Below, one piece after another: positions 11,178 through 24,589 of a stretch of 64,000 bases of DNA. The first letter of the stretch is position 1; every line of letters begins with the position of its first letter. The DNA comes from Octopus sinensis (lineage: Eukaryota). The stretch spans positions 50,530,001 to 50,594,000 of the forward strand of contig NC_043009.1 in assembly GCF_006345805.1 (NCBI RefSeq), in the 5' to 3' direction. Both the position numbers and the translations under genes were made by a program. Under the pieces are notes generated by a model. The model ran no database searches, was not told where the DNA came from, and worked only from the letters and a program-made list of their open reading frames with translations.

Positions 11178-11915
11178 TCTTCCACTTCCAAGACAATGAA
11201 TACTTCATAGCTCCTCACACACACACACACACAAAACTTCCACCACTAAAACAATGATTACTCCACAACCATACATATAATTTCCACCTTCAAAACAAAA
11301 GTTACCCTACACATACACACACACAGGCGCAGGAGTGGCTGTGTGGTAAGTAGCTTGCTAACCAACCACATGGTTCCGGGTTCAGTCCCACTGCGTGGCA
11401 TCTTGGGCAAGTGTCTTCTGCTATAGCCCCGGGCCGACCAATGCCTTGTCAGTGGATTTGGTAGACGGAAACTGAAAGAAGCCTGTCATATATATATATA
11501 CATGTGTGTGTTTGTGTGTCTGTGTTTGTCCCCCTAGCATTGCTTGACAACCGATGCTGGTGTGTTTATGTCCCCGTTACTTAGCGGTTCAGCAAAAGAG
11601 ACCGATGAATAAGTACTGTGCTTACAAAAGAATAAGTCCCGGAGTCGATTTGCTCGACTAAAGGCGGTGCTCCAGCATGGCCGCAGTCAAATGACTGAAA
11701 CAAGTAATAGAGTAAAAGAGTAAAAGAGAGTATAGACACACACACAAACACAACTTCCACTTCCAAAACAACGAATACTCCACAACTAGACACAAAACTT
11801 CTACCTGCAAAAAATACTCTATAACCAACCATTCACATAACTTCCATTACAAGAACAATGATTACAACTACATAAACACACACACATACACACACATGCA
11901 CAAAACTTCCACTTT
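11178..11915. repeat. Degenerate ~44-bp minisatellite (about 7 units) split by a SINE A
   Basis: Recurring AACTTCCAC...AAAACAATGA(A/T)TACTCCACAAC units on both sides of the SINE. Confidence 0.7.
11326..11732 (+). mobile_element. SINE A, full length
   Basis: GGCGCAGGAGTGGCTGTGTGG ... GACTGAAACAAG (AGTAAAAG)n. Confidence 0.95.
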
Positions 11916-12689
11916 ATATTCAGCATGTTAGTAAAACAGAAAATCTGAAGCTAAGTATGGAAGAGACAGGTGTTTATTAATAAGCAAAAGCATTATCGAA
12001 TCTCCATCAGGTATTAATTAAATTTTAATGAGGGAAAGTAAATAAATGGCTTACATCCAAAGAAAACATATAAACCAGTTCCTGTCTCTTTAGAAGCAGC
12101 AGAATATTCTGTATCAAAACGACATGATTAAATGATAAGTGTATACTGAAACTACTTGTCACTGCTACCATAATGGTAAAATAAATCAGACTTTGATAAA
12201 TTTACAAACATTTTATATGGAAACAAATAGAATAAAATAAAGGAAAAATAAACAGTTTTAGAAAACTTCACTTGAAGCTTTGGTGAGCTAATGAAGGAGA
12301 CTCTCTCTGTGGATGTTGAATCTGCTAGAAATAGCAACCAAGTCTTGCTTAAATTGCAGTCTCCCTCTTTTACTCTTAAATATAGAAAAGACACAGATAA
12401 TGTAGTCCAAGATATTCCCAAAGAGTATCTCATCAGCAACTGAACACAGCACACATCCATTTTGTTTATAGACAAACTGTAAGTAGAGGGAGATTTTGGC
12501 TGCCATTTCTAGCACATGAAGCAAGTGCATTAGGCATTCTCCTTGATTTGGTGAACATGCAGGTTAATGTAGATATATTGTGTTTAAAAACAAAATGGGA
12601 ATAGGAAGGACCTTTGATTGTGAGTCTACTGGATCAGGATAACGTGGTTAGATAGCAAAAACAAAAGGTCTGGCAAACGACCACGGTCG

Positions 12690-12876
12690 GATTGTGCTTT
12701 TTACGTGCCATCGGCACAGGGGCCAGGCGAGTGTTTAGCTGTAGAAACTCTGCCAAATCAAGATTGGAGCCTGGTGCAGCCATCTTGTTCGCCATCCCTC
12801 AGTCAAAATCGTCCAACCCATGCTAGTATGGAAAGCGGACGTTAAACGATGATGATGATGATAATGATGATGATGA
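12690..12876 (+). mobile_element. Family C (RTE-tailed) copy
   Basis: CCAACCCATGCTAGTATGGAAAGCGGACGTTAAAC(GAT)n. Confidence 0.8.
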
Positions 12877-13270
12877 GTGATGGAAGAATACCAAAAGGGA
12901 CATGAACAGTGGGGAAGCTGGCAAAGATGCTTTTAAAAGATAATCTAAATTGTAACTAAAGACTTGTGAAACTGGTGGTAGTCCAGAGTGAGAAATTGTA
13001 GGTGTGGAGAGACCATCTTCAATACTGAATTGTTACAAAGTAAGGGCTAAAGAAAAAGTTGAAGATGAGCAGTTTTATTAAATAACTTAGTGTTTAGATT
13101 TTCCAATTATTGATTTTTGTCTTCTAACTGAAGCAAAGAAAGTCTTTGATATAACTAAATAGTTATGTTTATTTAATATTTCCAACAATATATTGGTTTA
13201 ACTTTAACTTTTCTTCTCTTGGTTAAAAAAAACTATGCATTTTACATGCTGCTTCTATTCCCCATTCCAG

Positions 13271-13301
<31 letters not shown>

Positions 13302-14082
13302 AAACACACACACAAACATACGTCTTTACTTTTTACTTTCCTCTATATTCATTTGTGTATCTGGTCAGCCATCAATACAAAGAGAAGAAACTTCAACATG
13401 CTGAGCTAAGATTACGATTCTGCTTTTATTTTTTTGCAATATTAAATTATTGCTATTGATTATTATCAATTATTTGATTATTGATAAATTTCCTGCAAAA
13501 CCCTTGTTTTAACTTTTCTTCTCTTTAAGTTCAACTCGTGTAATTTACCTTTAATGTACCTACTCACCACATGTTTCTGCAAAGCCAACTATGATGCACA
13601 TCTTTCTATATATATATTTAGTGGTATCACGGCACCATACCACCAACTTCACTCTGAAACTTCCCCCATAAAATTTCTAATTCTATACTTACATCTCTAC
13701 AACTTTCATATGCTCATCTGAGCACAATATATTATATTACTGATATATGAAAATACACAATCATTAAAAAATCTGACAAATTCATAGTCCAAAATGGTTC
13801 CAGTCCCAAGTATCTTGGATAAAGGTTTATCAGTTGCTTACTCTAAGAAAGTTGATCTCCTTATAAAAATTACAGATACATCAAAAAGACATTCACCTTC
13901 CAATATTTGTTTATGATAATGTATTGCTTGCTGAATGCTTTGTAGAATTTTCTATGATTAACACTGGTGCAAAAAAATACCACAAGCTAAACTCGGTACA
14001 TGAAAGGCAAAAAGGTGTCTAAAATGTGTCTGTCATTCTTGTGAATCACAGCAGCAATGATATTCAGCTTGCTCTGATATAT

Positions 14083-14221
14083 ACTCTTTTACTCTTTTAC
14101 TTGTTTCAGTCATTTGACTGTGGCCATGCTGGAGCACCACTTTTAGTCGAGCAAATCGACCCCGGGACTTATTATTTGTAAGCCCAGTACTTATTCTATC
14201 GGTCTGTTTTGCCGAACCGCT
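14083..14221 (-). mobile_element. SINE A, 5'-truncated
   Basis: 3'-most ~138 bp of SINE A only. Confidence 0.9.
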
Positions 14222-14526
14222 ATAAATTTTTTAACACAACATCTCTATAGAGAGATTTCAGTGTTTCATGATTTTCTATGTATACTTAGTATGGTACTCA
14301 GATGGTAATTTTAATTTAATGCTGTTTCAATAGCATATATCAAGATTTCTGCAGTCTGTTATACCAGCAAATGTTTTATTCAGTTTCTTAATTATATCAG
14401 AGCACGAATTTCTCTTAAGTAGGTGACAATCAAGTGCAGGGCATTGAAAAGCCTCAACAGAACTGAAATGATTCTATCATTCTTGTGAGTCACTGAAACA
14501 ACAGTGTTTGTCTAGCTCTGATATAT

Positions 14527-14949
14527 ACTCTTTTTCTCTTTTACTCTTTTACTTGTTTCAGTCATTTAACTGCGGCCATGCTGGAGCACCACCTTTAGTC
14601 GAGCAAATCGACCCCAGGACTTATTCTTTGGAAGCCCAGTACTTATTCTATCGGTCTCTTTTTGCCGAACCGCTAAGTGATGGGGATGTAAACACACCAG
14701 CATCAGTTGTCAAGCAATGCTAGGGGGTCAAACACAGACACACAAACATACACACACATATATATATATATATACATACATATATACGACGGGCTTCTTT
14801 CAGTTTCTGTCTACCAAATCCACTCACAAGGCTTTGGTCAGCTCGAGGCTATAGTAGAAGACACTTGCCCAACATGCCACACAGTGGGACTGAACCCGGA
14901 ACCATGTGGCTTGTAAGCAAGCTACTTACCACACAGCCACTCCTGTGCC
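14527..14949 (-). mobile_element. SINE A, full length
   Basis: Matches the other copies end to end. Confidence 0.95.
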
Positions 14950-15035
14950 TATCATGTTTTTAACATTAAGTCTATGAAGAGATTTTACCTCAGACAATAC
15001 CACAGCTTCATGCTTTCTAACACTTATGTAAATTT

Positions 15036-15250
15036 AGTATGATACATAGACGGTGATCTCGAGTTAAGTCTTAAATACTGCGAAAAATTACACAAAATTT
15101 CCACATTCATCACTGATGCTTATTTCATCATCATCATCATCATCATCGTTTATGATGATGAAATAAGCATCAGTGATGAATGTGGAAATTTTGTGTAATT
15201 TTTCGCAGTATTTAAAACTTAACTTGAGATCACCGTCTATGTATCATACT
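15036..15250. repeat. Long inverted repeat: 99-bp arms, 2 mismatches, 17-nt spacer
   Basis: 15036-15134 is the reverse complement of 15152-15250. Confidence 0.95.
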
Positions 15251-15800
15251 TATTTATTACAACTAAATATAAATAAACAAATAATTATGTAATTCAAATG
15301 AAATGTTATATCTCAACAACTAAGGATTTAATTAGGTTTACTTCTAATCACTAATTAAGCTTTTTATTGATCATTATTTTAGCTGACACCTGCCTTTCTT
15401 TATAACTTCTTTAAGAGTGAACTTTTGTACTCCTTAACACTTTCTACAAAAATTGTTAATGTTGAAAATTCCTTTCAAGTTAGCAGCAGGTTAGCAACTG
15501 CTTAATTCTTTCATTTTATATTTCTAACCAAAACATTGTTCCAAGAAAATTCCAAAATAATTACCAAGAACTTTGACTGGTTTTGTAACTTTTATGTTTA
15601 TTAATACATGCCTGCAATGTCAGGAATATAAAATATGATTGTATTTTCTCTAAAAACTAATCACATTTAAATTTGGTGAAATGGATAAAATTAATAAAAT
15701 GTGTTATTAGCCAATAATCAGCTGGAATGAATAACAGATGTGAGTTCTGAAGAACTGTGCACAATACTGAATTTTCAGTTGAACTTGAGTGCATATAAAA

Positions 15801-16025
15801 CATCATCATCATTTAACGTCTGTTGCCCATGCTGGCATGGGTTGGATGGTTTGACCAGGGCTGGCAAGCTGGAAGGCTGCACCATACTCCAATCTGATTT
15901 GGCATGGTTTCTATGGCTGGATGCCCTTCCTAATGCCGAACACTCTGAGAGTGTAATGAGTGCTTTTATGTGCCACTGGCTCTGGTGCCATTTGCATGAC
16001 ATCAGTATCTGTCACAACTGCGATT
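15801..16025 (-). mobile_element. Family C (RTE-tailed) copy
   Basis: (CAT)n TTAACGTCTGTTGCCCATGCTGGCATGGGTTGGATG ... GGATGCCCTTCCTAATGCC. Confidence 0.8.
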
Positions 16026-16202
16026 TTACAGTTGTGGCAGATACGTGCACATTAAAAGTAAAACAGCAAGAAATATTGAAATTCATCAAAATTTTCCAAG
16101 AAAACTACAAAATGAAATAAACTCACTCGCACATACATAAATACATTCACATACATGTACCATTATAATTCACTAATATAATTAATCAGAATTTTTCACT
16201 CA

Positions 16203-16422
16203 TACTCTTTTACTCTCTTTTACTCTTTTACTTGTTTCAGTCAGTTGACTGCGGCCATGCTGGAGCACCGCCTTTAGTCGAGCAACTCGACCCCGGGACT
16301 TATTCTTTGTAAGCCCAGTACTTATTCTATCAGTCTCTTTTGCTGAACCGCTAAGTGACGGGGATATAAACACACCAGCATCGGTTGTCAAACAATGCTA
16401 GGGGGACAAACACAGACACACA

Positions 16423-16470
<48 letters not shown>

Positions 16471-16635
16471 TACTACGGACTTCTTTCAGTTTCCGTCTAC
16501 CAAATCCACTCACAAGGCTTTGGTCGGCCCGAGGCTATAGTAAAAGACACTTGCCCAAGGTGCCATGCAGTGGGACTGAACCCGAAACCATGTGGTTGGT
16601 AAGCAAGCTACTTACCACACAGCCACTCCTGCGCC
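16203..16635 (-). mobile_element. SINE A, full length
   Basis: Matches the other copies end to end. Confidence 0.95.
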
Positions 16636-16749
16636 TCAGAGGTAAAATTTTTAAATTACAGGTAAATGAAATAATAAATAGTAAATTTGAAAACAAAATA
16701 TTTTATAAAATTAGATAATGTGTGCACAAATTAAGTAATATTACATATT

Positions 16750-17860
16750 ACTTTGATGGAAAGTTGCAGCTTTACAGAAAGCACACGAGAAAGTCATTTC
16801 AATCAACTGACCAGTGGGAGCTTTCCTTTTCTGGTGTTAATATTCTCTGCGCTGTCTCTTGTCACCATGAATTTCTTTTATGGGGATCAGTTTTTGCCTT
16901 TCTTTCAACTGTTATATGTTTTTGGATAAATAGTTTACCCTAAACTTCTGCTTAGAACTGAAGGTAGTAATACACTTTTGAGTCCCTCTTGACTTGGCAT
17001 AAAGAAAAAAAAAATATTAATAGTATTCATATTTACTTAATACCAAATCAGTTAGCAGACTTATTACTCAATGTAAAAAAAGCCATCATGTGGTTCATCC
17101 AACCTACATCACCTTTGCAGCTGCTGTAAGTGAGATAGGTTTACAAAAGGTATACCATTAATATCCACATGAGTTGAGCACAAGTGGCTGGAAAATTAAT
17201 TTGCTTTTTGTCACTATGTAGTTGCCAGAAACTTACCTTTCTGATATATTATTTCACCTCTTCTTTTTAATTTTACTATGTTATATCCAACAGCAGCTCT
17301 TTTCTGTCTTCAGTCATTGTAACACAAGAATATGACTCTACAGATAAATCAGCCACAAGTTTGATCAAGCTGATCATAAATATATGGTATGGAAGTGATA
17401 ATTATCCAGAGTACATTAGACACAAGGCCATAATGATTATATTTTTTCTTTGCATAAGAATTAAAACAGCAGTACCCAGAAATGAAACCTTACATACTTT
17501 CATATTTTACTTTGTGAGTTTGCCTGGCATGTATTGCTGGAATGTATCTGGCCTTTATATCTTACCATTTGTTCCTCAAATGGCAGGCTTGTTCCTGGTA
17601 GGTGATGGGACTTTAATATTCTTTGTATGTGTCCAGGAAGGCTCTTACTTTAAATTAGGGTCTTTTACATACTGGTGCACTTCTACCTTATCCAGCCGTT
17701 AGTAATTCTGAGCAGTTTCTTAACGGAAACTCAACACCTTACTTACATTTTATCCAGTCAGGCATGGTAACACTGTCGGTTTTTTTTTCTCCATTACTTA
17801 TATATTCCGCCTAATGAGTTTTTTCTGTAGTTATTGTCAGGAGTAACTCAATGGGCAAAA
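16750..17860 (-). pseudogene. Degenerate piggyBac (PGBD4-like) transposase relic
   Basis: Minus-strand reading across stops and frameshifts gives, in piggyBac order: FKVRAFLD, LPGTSLPFEEQMVRYKG, FQQYMPGKLTK, PYHIFM..IKLVADL..YSCVTM..RKEL, KGKFLAT..DKKQINF, then a C-terminal KRKAPTGQLIEMTFSCAFC Cys-rich remnant. Confidence 0.75.
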
Positions 17861-17896
17861 AAACAAAAGAAAATGAGCAATTGGTTTCACATCATT

Positions 17897-17993
<97 letters not shown>

Positions 17994-20778
17994 TATCCAA
18001 TATTACATTCTGTATTTCTCATAGAGCCTAATTTAAAACTGAAAAGTACTCCCAATATTATGGAAAGGTTTATATAATTTTATTTAGAATATTTTTAATA
18101 ATGTATTCCTCATAAAATTCATAAACTTCATTCCTATGCATGAAACATTATTTTTAATAACAAACCTTATTTAATTGTAACAACAGGGGGTACGGCAAAT
18201 TATTGTTTTTATAATTATGTGTCATTTCTTCAGTATTGTTCCACACATTACTTTCTCATGACAGTTAGACCAGCTACATTATTTATGACCAGCAAATATA
18301 ATTCATAAATGGCTTTCCTTATTCTATTCTAGCTTTCCAATAAAGAAAAATAACAAATTAAAAATAAAATTTAAAAATATTCCAATCATTTTAAACAAGT
18401 TTAGTAAAAATTCCTTTTTTTATCACATGCAAAACTATTTTTTACTTTTTAATTCATTTTAATCACAGAACATGTTTAATAAAAAAGTTAATTATAATCA
18501 TAAACTATTTGTAACAAAACTAATTATAATCATAAGACATGTGTAGCAAGATTAATTTTCATCTTATATGTTTAACAAAATGGCTTCAATTTTTCAGCAT
18601 ATATTTCAGACATCTTTCTTACATTTTTTTTCTTTTTCTCTAGTTTCAGAGAAGTTGATTACTAAGTATGCAGTGACATGAATATATGTTTGAAATTATA
18701 AGCGCAGTTCCAGGTGTATACACATGCACCAAGTTTGTATGTGACATGCATGTGTGTTGCATATGTACATATTTGAAGCCATCAGTGTGGCTTATGCCTC
18801 ATGTGTGTGTATACATATATGTGTGTGTGTGTATTTATTCATGAGTATATATTTGACATTGGAGTGTGTGAGTAGCTTAAGAGTATAGCATAGGTATATT
18901 TGTGATGCATGTGCATCTATAATATTGTGAGTGTGCATGTGAAATGAAGACATGCACACACATGTGAATGTGTGTAATATTTGTAAATGATTTAAAAGAT
19001 CAAATGAAGACTTAAAGCAGGAAATTTAAAATTTCAGTCATGCACCGAATGCACCCCATCTACACCTTTCAGTTCTCTCCTTCCTTACAGAAGAAAAAAA
19101 AAAGAAACAGATTTAAATAAAAACTAAAAAAAAAAAAAAATAAAAAGACGTTCCACTTGATAATTGTAAAGGTAGAAAAGGATTAATTGATTCAGTTAAA
19201 AATATTTAAAAAAAAAAACTATTTAAGATTAAATGGACAGAAACATTGTTGAATACAGGAACATATAATAGAAACTTAGAGAATTGTTTCATTCTTTGAT
19301 GCTATACACATCTATACAATAAACAGTAGCAAAAACAGGAGATGGTGTGTGTGGAATATTTCTAAAAACATCCTGTCTCACCTATTCCTTTTGACTGTGT
19401 CCCTCATGCATATATTATTGCATTTTATTATTAAAAGGTACATCAAGACATTTGAAAGAAAATCTTATATAATGTTTTCAGTGAATTATTTTCCAATGAA
19501 ACTCAATCTTTGTTATTATTATTATAACTAGTATTGTTGTTGCTGTTGTTGTTTTTAAATCTAAATAAACCTAATTCATTAAATCAAATTTGTCAGTAAT
19601 AGATTCAGTTAAGAATTTATTAAATTAGATGTGGTTGTTAAAGAGTGTGTGTATGAATGAAAAATAAATAGTATTTGTATGTGTGTTTTTTGCATGTAAT
19701 AGAATAAGGAAAACAAGCTGGAAGAGAAAAATAGAAAAAGGAAAAGATGGAAAAGGACAGAGAGAGAGAGAGAGAGAGAAATGGTAAAGAAAAATAGAGA
19801 GAAAGCACAGAGAGAGAAGGAATGTCGGGAGAAAAGAGAATGCAAAAGAGGAATGAGAAAGCAAAAGGAGGAAACAAGAAAAGAAGAGATGGAAGTAGTA
19901 AAAACAGAGATGTAAGAGAAGGACAGAAGAAAAAAATTGATAAAAAGTGATGGAAGGAAGAAAAAGAGAGGAAAATAAGATGGCAGAGAGAAAAAGAATA
20001 AATCAGCGAGATAAATTAATAAAGATAGAAAAAGGAGAAAAACAGAGAGAGAGAGGTGGTAGGGAAGGAGAAATAATTGTGGGACAAAAGGCAAGACAGA
20101 CAGAGAGTTTATTACTGAAAACTGAGTTTACCTTATTCATTTTAACATAAGTAATACAGAAACCTTTTGAAAAGATTCACTGAAAGAAGTCACTGACATT
20201 ATAATCTTGCTGCAGGGGTCTAATAACGAGCATTAAATTCATAGATCGTTACCAGAATCTTAAAACTTTGTTTCCATGCAGGAAAGGGAGAAAAATAACG
20301 AAACAAATAAATACATAAATAAGAATGGGAAGTGAAAGAGGCCACAGGGATTAAGGTAAGTTCAAATCAGATGCCATCTGCTCCTTGTACTACAGTGACA
20401 ACTTAGCAGTGAAGGCCTCAAATACCAACCTCTCGGTCTCCATTGCTTCCAGCGAGACAGTCAACATCTGTCAAAGCGCCAAAGGATTATTGAATGTCAC
20501 CAAGGAACTGTGTTGAACCCACTTCGTGGCCGCAAGTCATTTAATTAACAAGCACAGGGGTCAGTGGATTATGCATGTTTCGAATAGTTATCAGTGAATT
20601 AGGAATTGTAATAGTATTTTGTCCTTGTTATTTTTGTTGGAAAACATTTTTTTTTTCATTTCATTAGTCATCGACCAAACTTTCTCTATATGCTGTGACA
20701 GCAAGGGAATAATGTTTGTTTCCCTACTCAGCCCAGATATTCAATGAGGAATTTCAAAGAGGCAAAAGAAAGCTCAGC

Positions 20779-21231
<453 letters not shown>

Positions 21232-21937
21232 CAAATAAATATGTGTGTGTGTGAATTTAAAAGGAATTTGGCAGGCAAGATATAAGCTAACAAGAGCTTG
21301 CTTATTACTGCCTAACTACATTTATGTGAAATCTATGAAGAAAGGTAATTAATTAAAAATTGTAAATCCCAGTAAATATTTCTTATAAAATATAATTAGA
21401 AAAAAATTTCAAATTTGAAAGAAAATTGGATTTCAAATTGGCAATCCCAATATACATGAGGTTGTGTCTAGACTTAGCTCCTAAGCTGTGTGTGAGAGAG
21501 AGAGAGAGACAGAGAGAGACAGAGAGAGACAGAGAGAGGGAGGGAGGGAGGGAGAGACAGACAGACAGACTGAGTATATGTATGTGTTTTGCATCCCAGC
21601 CCAAGGAATAAGTTTCATACAAGATATCTACTTCAGAATATGATCGATGTGAAATGATTTACATAAACTGAAGTATCAACCAAAGGTTTTCATTTCCTTC
21701 TTGAATTATCACTGTCAAAACTGAAAATAATATAATTATTTTTGCTGAAAAAGTTTAAGAATAAAAAAAATTTCTTTGATCAAGCTTAAAGGGTTTTTAA
21801 TTAGACACATACACAAACATATATTTCATATTATCAAGGTATCAACCAGACTATCAGACGTTGCTATACATTACTGGTCAAAATGCTCTTCACATTGCTT
21901 TCAAATGATGCCATCCTGCTGGCTAGGTGAGTAGGCT

Positions 21938-22060
21938 GTCATCATTTAACAACCGTTTTCCATGCTGGCACAGGTTGGACAGTTTTATAGGTGCTGGAAA
22001 GCTGTCTAAGCTACAATTGTTAGTTTTGGCATGGTTCTATGGTTGGATGCCCTTCCTAAT
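21938..22060 (-). mobile_element. Family C remnant
   Basis: CATCATTTAACAACCGTTTTCCATGCTGGCACAGGTTGGAC ... GGATGCCCTTCCTAAT. Confidence 0.65.
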
Positions 22061-24589
22061 ATAAACATCACTGAGTTGGAAGATAACTGCTCTAATGAAG
22101 ACGATATATTCAGATATTTTGTTTATCTTATAATCAGTTCAATCTTCATATAATTATAATGACAATAAGCAACGTATCTGAAGTATACTAATAGTCTATC
22201 ACTTACAATAAACGTTATTTACAGAAATATTTCCATCATAACATGGTACATTACATCATAACATGGTACTATCTATTGGCTGAAAGAGGTATATCTTATT
22301 TCTGCTATCCAACAGTGAATCATACATATTCTCAGTGGTACAAATTCTGGTTATATACTCTCTGAATGAAATCCTAACTACCATCTTATTTTCTGCCTGA
22401 CTCAAACATTCATAATCTCAGTTAGGAAACAAAACCCACATCAATGTGTTTCTGATAACTTTTAGTCATTCTGAATATAAGTGACTCTTACTATAAGCAT
22501 GGCCACTTTCAATATGTAAACAAAACAAATAAGGAATAAATATGAAGCAATTCTATTAAACAGCTTTTAATTATGAGCTAATTTAAAAGAAAGCAATTTT
22601 CAATCTACATTCCCTTCTGACAGCACAAATTCCTGAATAATACAGTCCTTGATATATCATCTGTTTCATACAAGACGGCTATTATGCAAGGGAGAATTAA
22701 TAACAAGAAATTCATCAACGAATCATCTGTTAACATTCATCTGTCCATTTTTCTCTTTCTCTACATCTCCTTTAACAAATAAACAAAATAAAAAGCTACC
22801 ATTGATTTTGTTTAAATATGTTGTTGGTATTTTAACAGTTCAACCAACATTAAGAATTAATGAAAGCTTCCAGAATGAAATCATTGACCAGTCATATGAC
22901 AGCTGGTATTCAGTCCAATGATCTTTGAAGACTATCCAGTGGTCAAGCAATAAAGATGAAAAGGGCACGAAAGGTGAAAGCTATTGTCTTTCCTCTCAAG
23001 AGAAAAAGAATTGGAATAATGATTTTGACAACCACCTCTTCTGACCCTTTTGCCAACGACAAATGGAACACCAGTTACCAAAACAAATAGAAATCCACTC
23101 TTTATGTGATTAGTAGATTGTATGTGCTTGACAGAAAATCAGAGAAAACCAGATTAAATTGGGTCAAAAGGTCACAGAGATTCACTTCTTCCTTAAAGTA
23201 GCTGTGCATGGATATGATCAAAAGATGAGCTACACATGATAGAATTTAACAATAATAATCAACAGAAGATTACAAAGACTTCCTCTTCCTCTTGTAGTAT
23301 TAATGACATCAAAGACCAACTAGAATTATCAGTAAATCAATATGGACTTTTGTATCACTATTGGTACCAAAACAATAGAACAAAAGAAAATAATGAACAA
23401 CAGTTTAAGAGCATTGGTCAAAGATAGCGTCTTTGATCAAAAACAAAAATGCCACACGATATTATATCATTTCCTACGGCAAATGATTTGATAAATACTC
23501 ATTTTCTGCCAGCTAGTGTATTTAGCATATTTGATACAAAAGATATCATTTGCATGAAAATTCTGATGCAAATGATACAAAATATTTTAGCCAAATTTAG
23601 TTTTAAAAAACTATAATTTATTTAAATTATTCAGAACTGCCATACAGTTATGTACAATATATGGAATAGAGCACAAAAGTACTTTTTACAATTGTTTTCA
23701 AAGAACACAACAAATTAGTCAAATTTTTTATTGAATTTTAGATGGGAATATATATTTCATATGCTACTCACCCTCCTTTCTTAGAAAAATAAAAAGTTTG
23801 ATACTTGAACAGAGAGATGTGGAAAAAAAGAAAAGTTAATAATTAAAGTGAAATTGAATACTAAAACAATATTATAATTTAAAAAGAAAACATTGTTGGA
23901 TTTCAGATGAAAATGTAAAATATGATAATCTAAATTACTTTAAAGTTTTTCTTTGGGTGAATTGCTTGCTGAGCTGTGTACATAGAGAGATGATGTTGAC
24001 TATGTTAAGGACAAAATGGTAGCAACAAAGGCGGAGGTTGCCGTAATGCTGTTGGATGAAGTTGGTAGGTCTCTACGTGGCTGCTGTGGTGGTATTATCT
24101 GACATTGTCACTGAAACTGGTTGTGTCTTTGTGGTCAGTGGTTAGCCCTTAAAAGATCTGGAACCAAAGACTTCAGAAAGAGGAAAAGCTGGGTTTTTAT
24201 AAGGAACTGTAGGCTGAAAACAGGGTGGTAAACAGGCTGTCCCATGTGGTCCTATTTAGGGCCTCTAACTGGTTATACATGGCAGTTGGCGCAATCGAAT
24301 AAGAGACAAATTGCACCAATACCAACCAATCAGAGTAGTGGATATAACAGGATCCAAATAGCAGCCAGAGGCTAGATGTTCCCTGCTGCATTCGAATGCA
24401 CGTATTTATAATAAATAGGAGAGAAGAATTTCACCCAAATCTATGCAACACATCTGTAAAGTAGTGGAAGTAATCAGTCTACTTTAACAATCAAAACTGT
24501 TACTCTAACCAAGAAGCATATTATAGTAATTTGTCAACAGAAGATAGAAGAATTCATGAAAATTACATTGCCCTGGAAAATATTGACTC

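Noticed and set aside
11326-11400. tRNA gene
   Set aside because: A and B boxes are present but it is the SINE A head; no complete cloverleaf.
19609-20150. 161-aa hydrophobic ORF resembling a membrane protein
   Set aside because: Reverse strand of a purine-rich low-complexity tract; no domain features.
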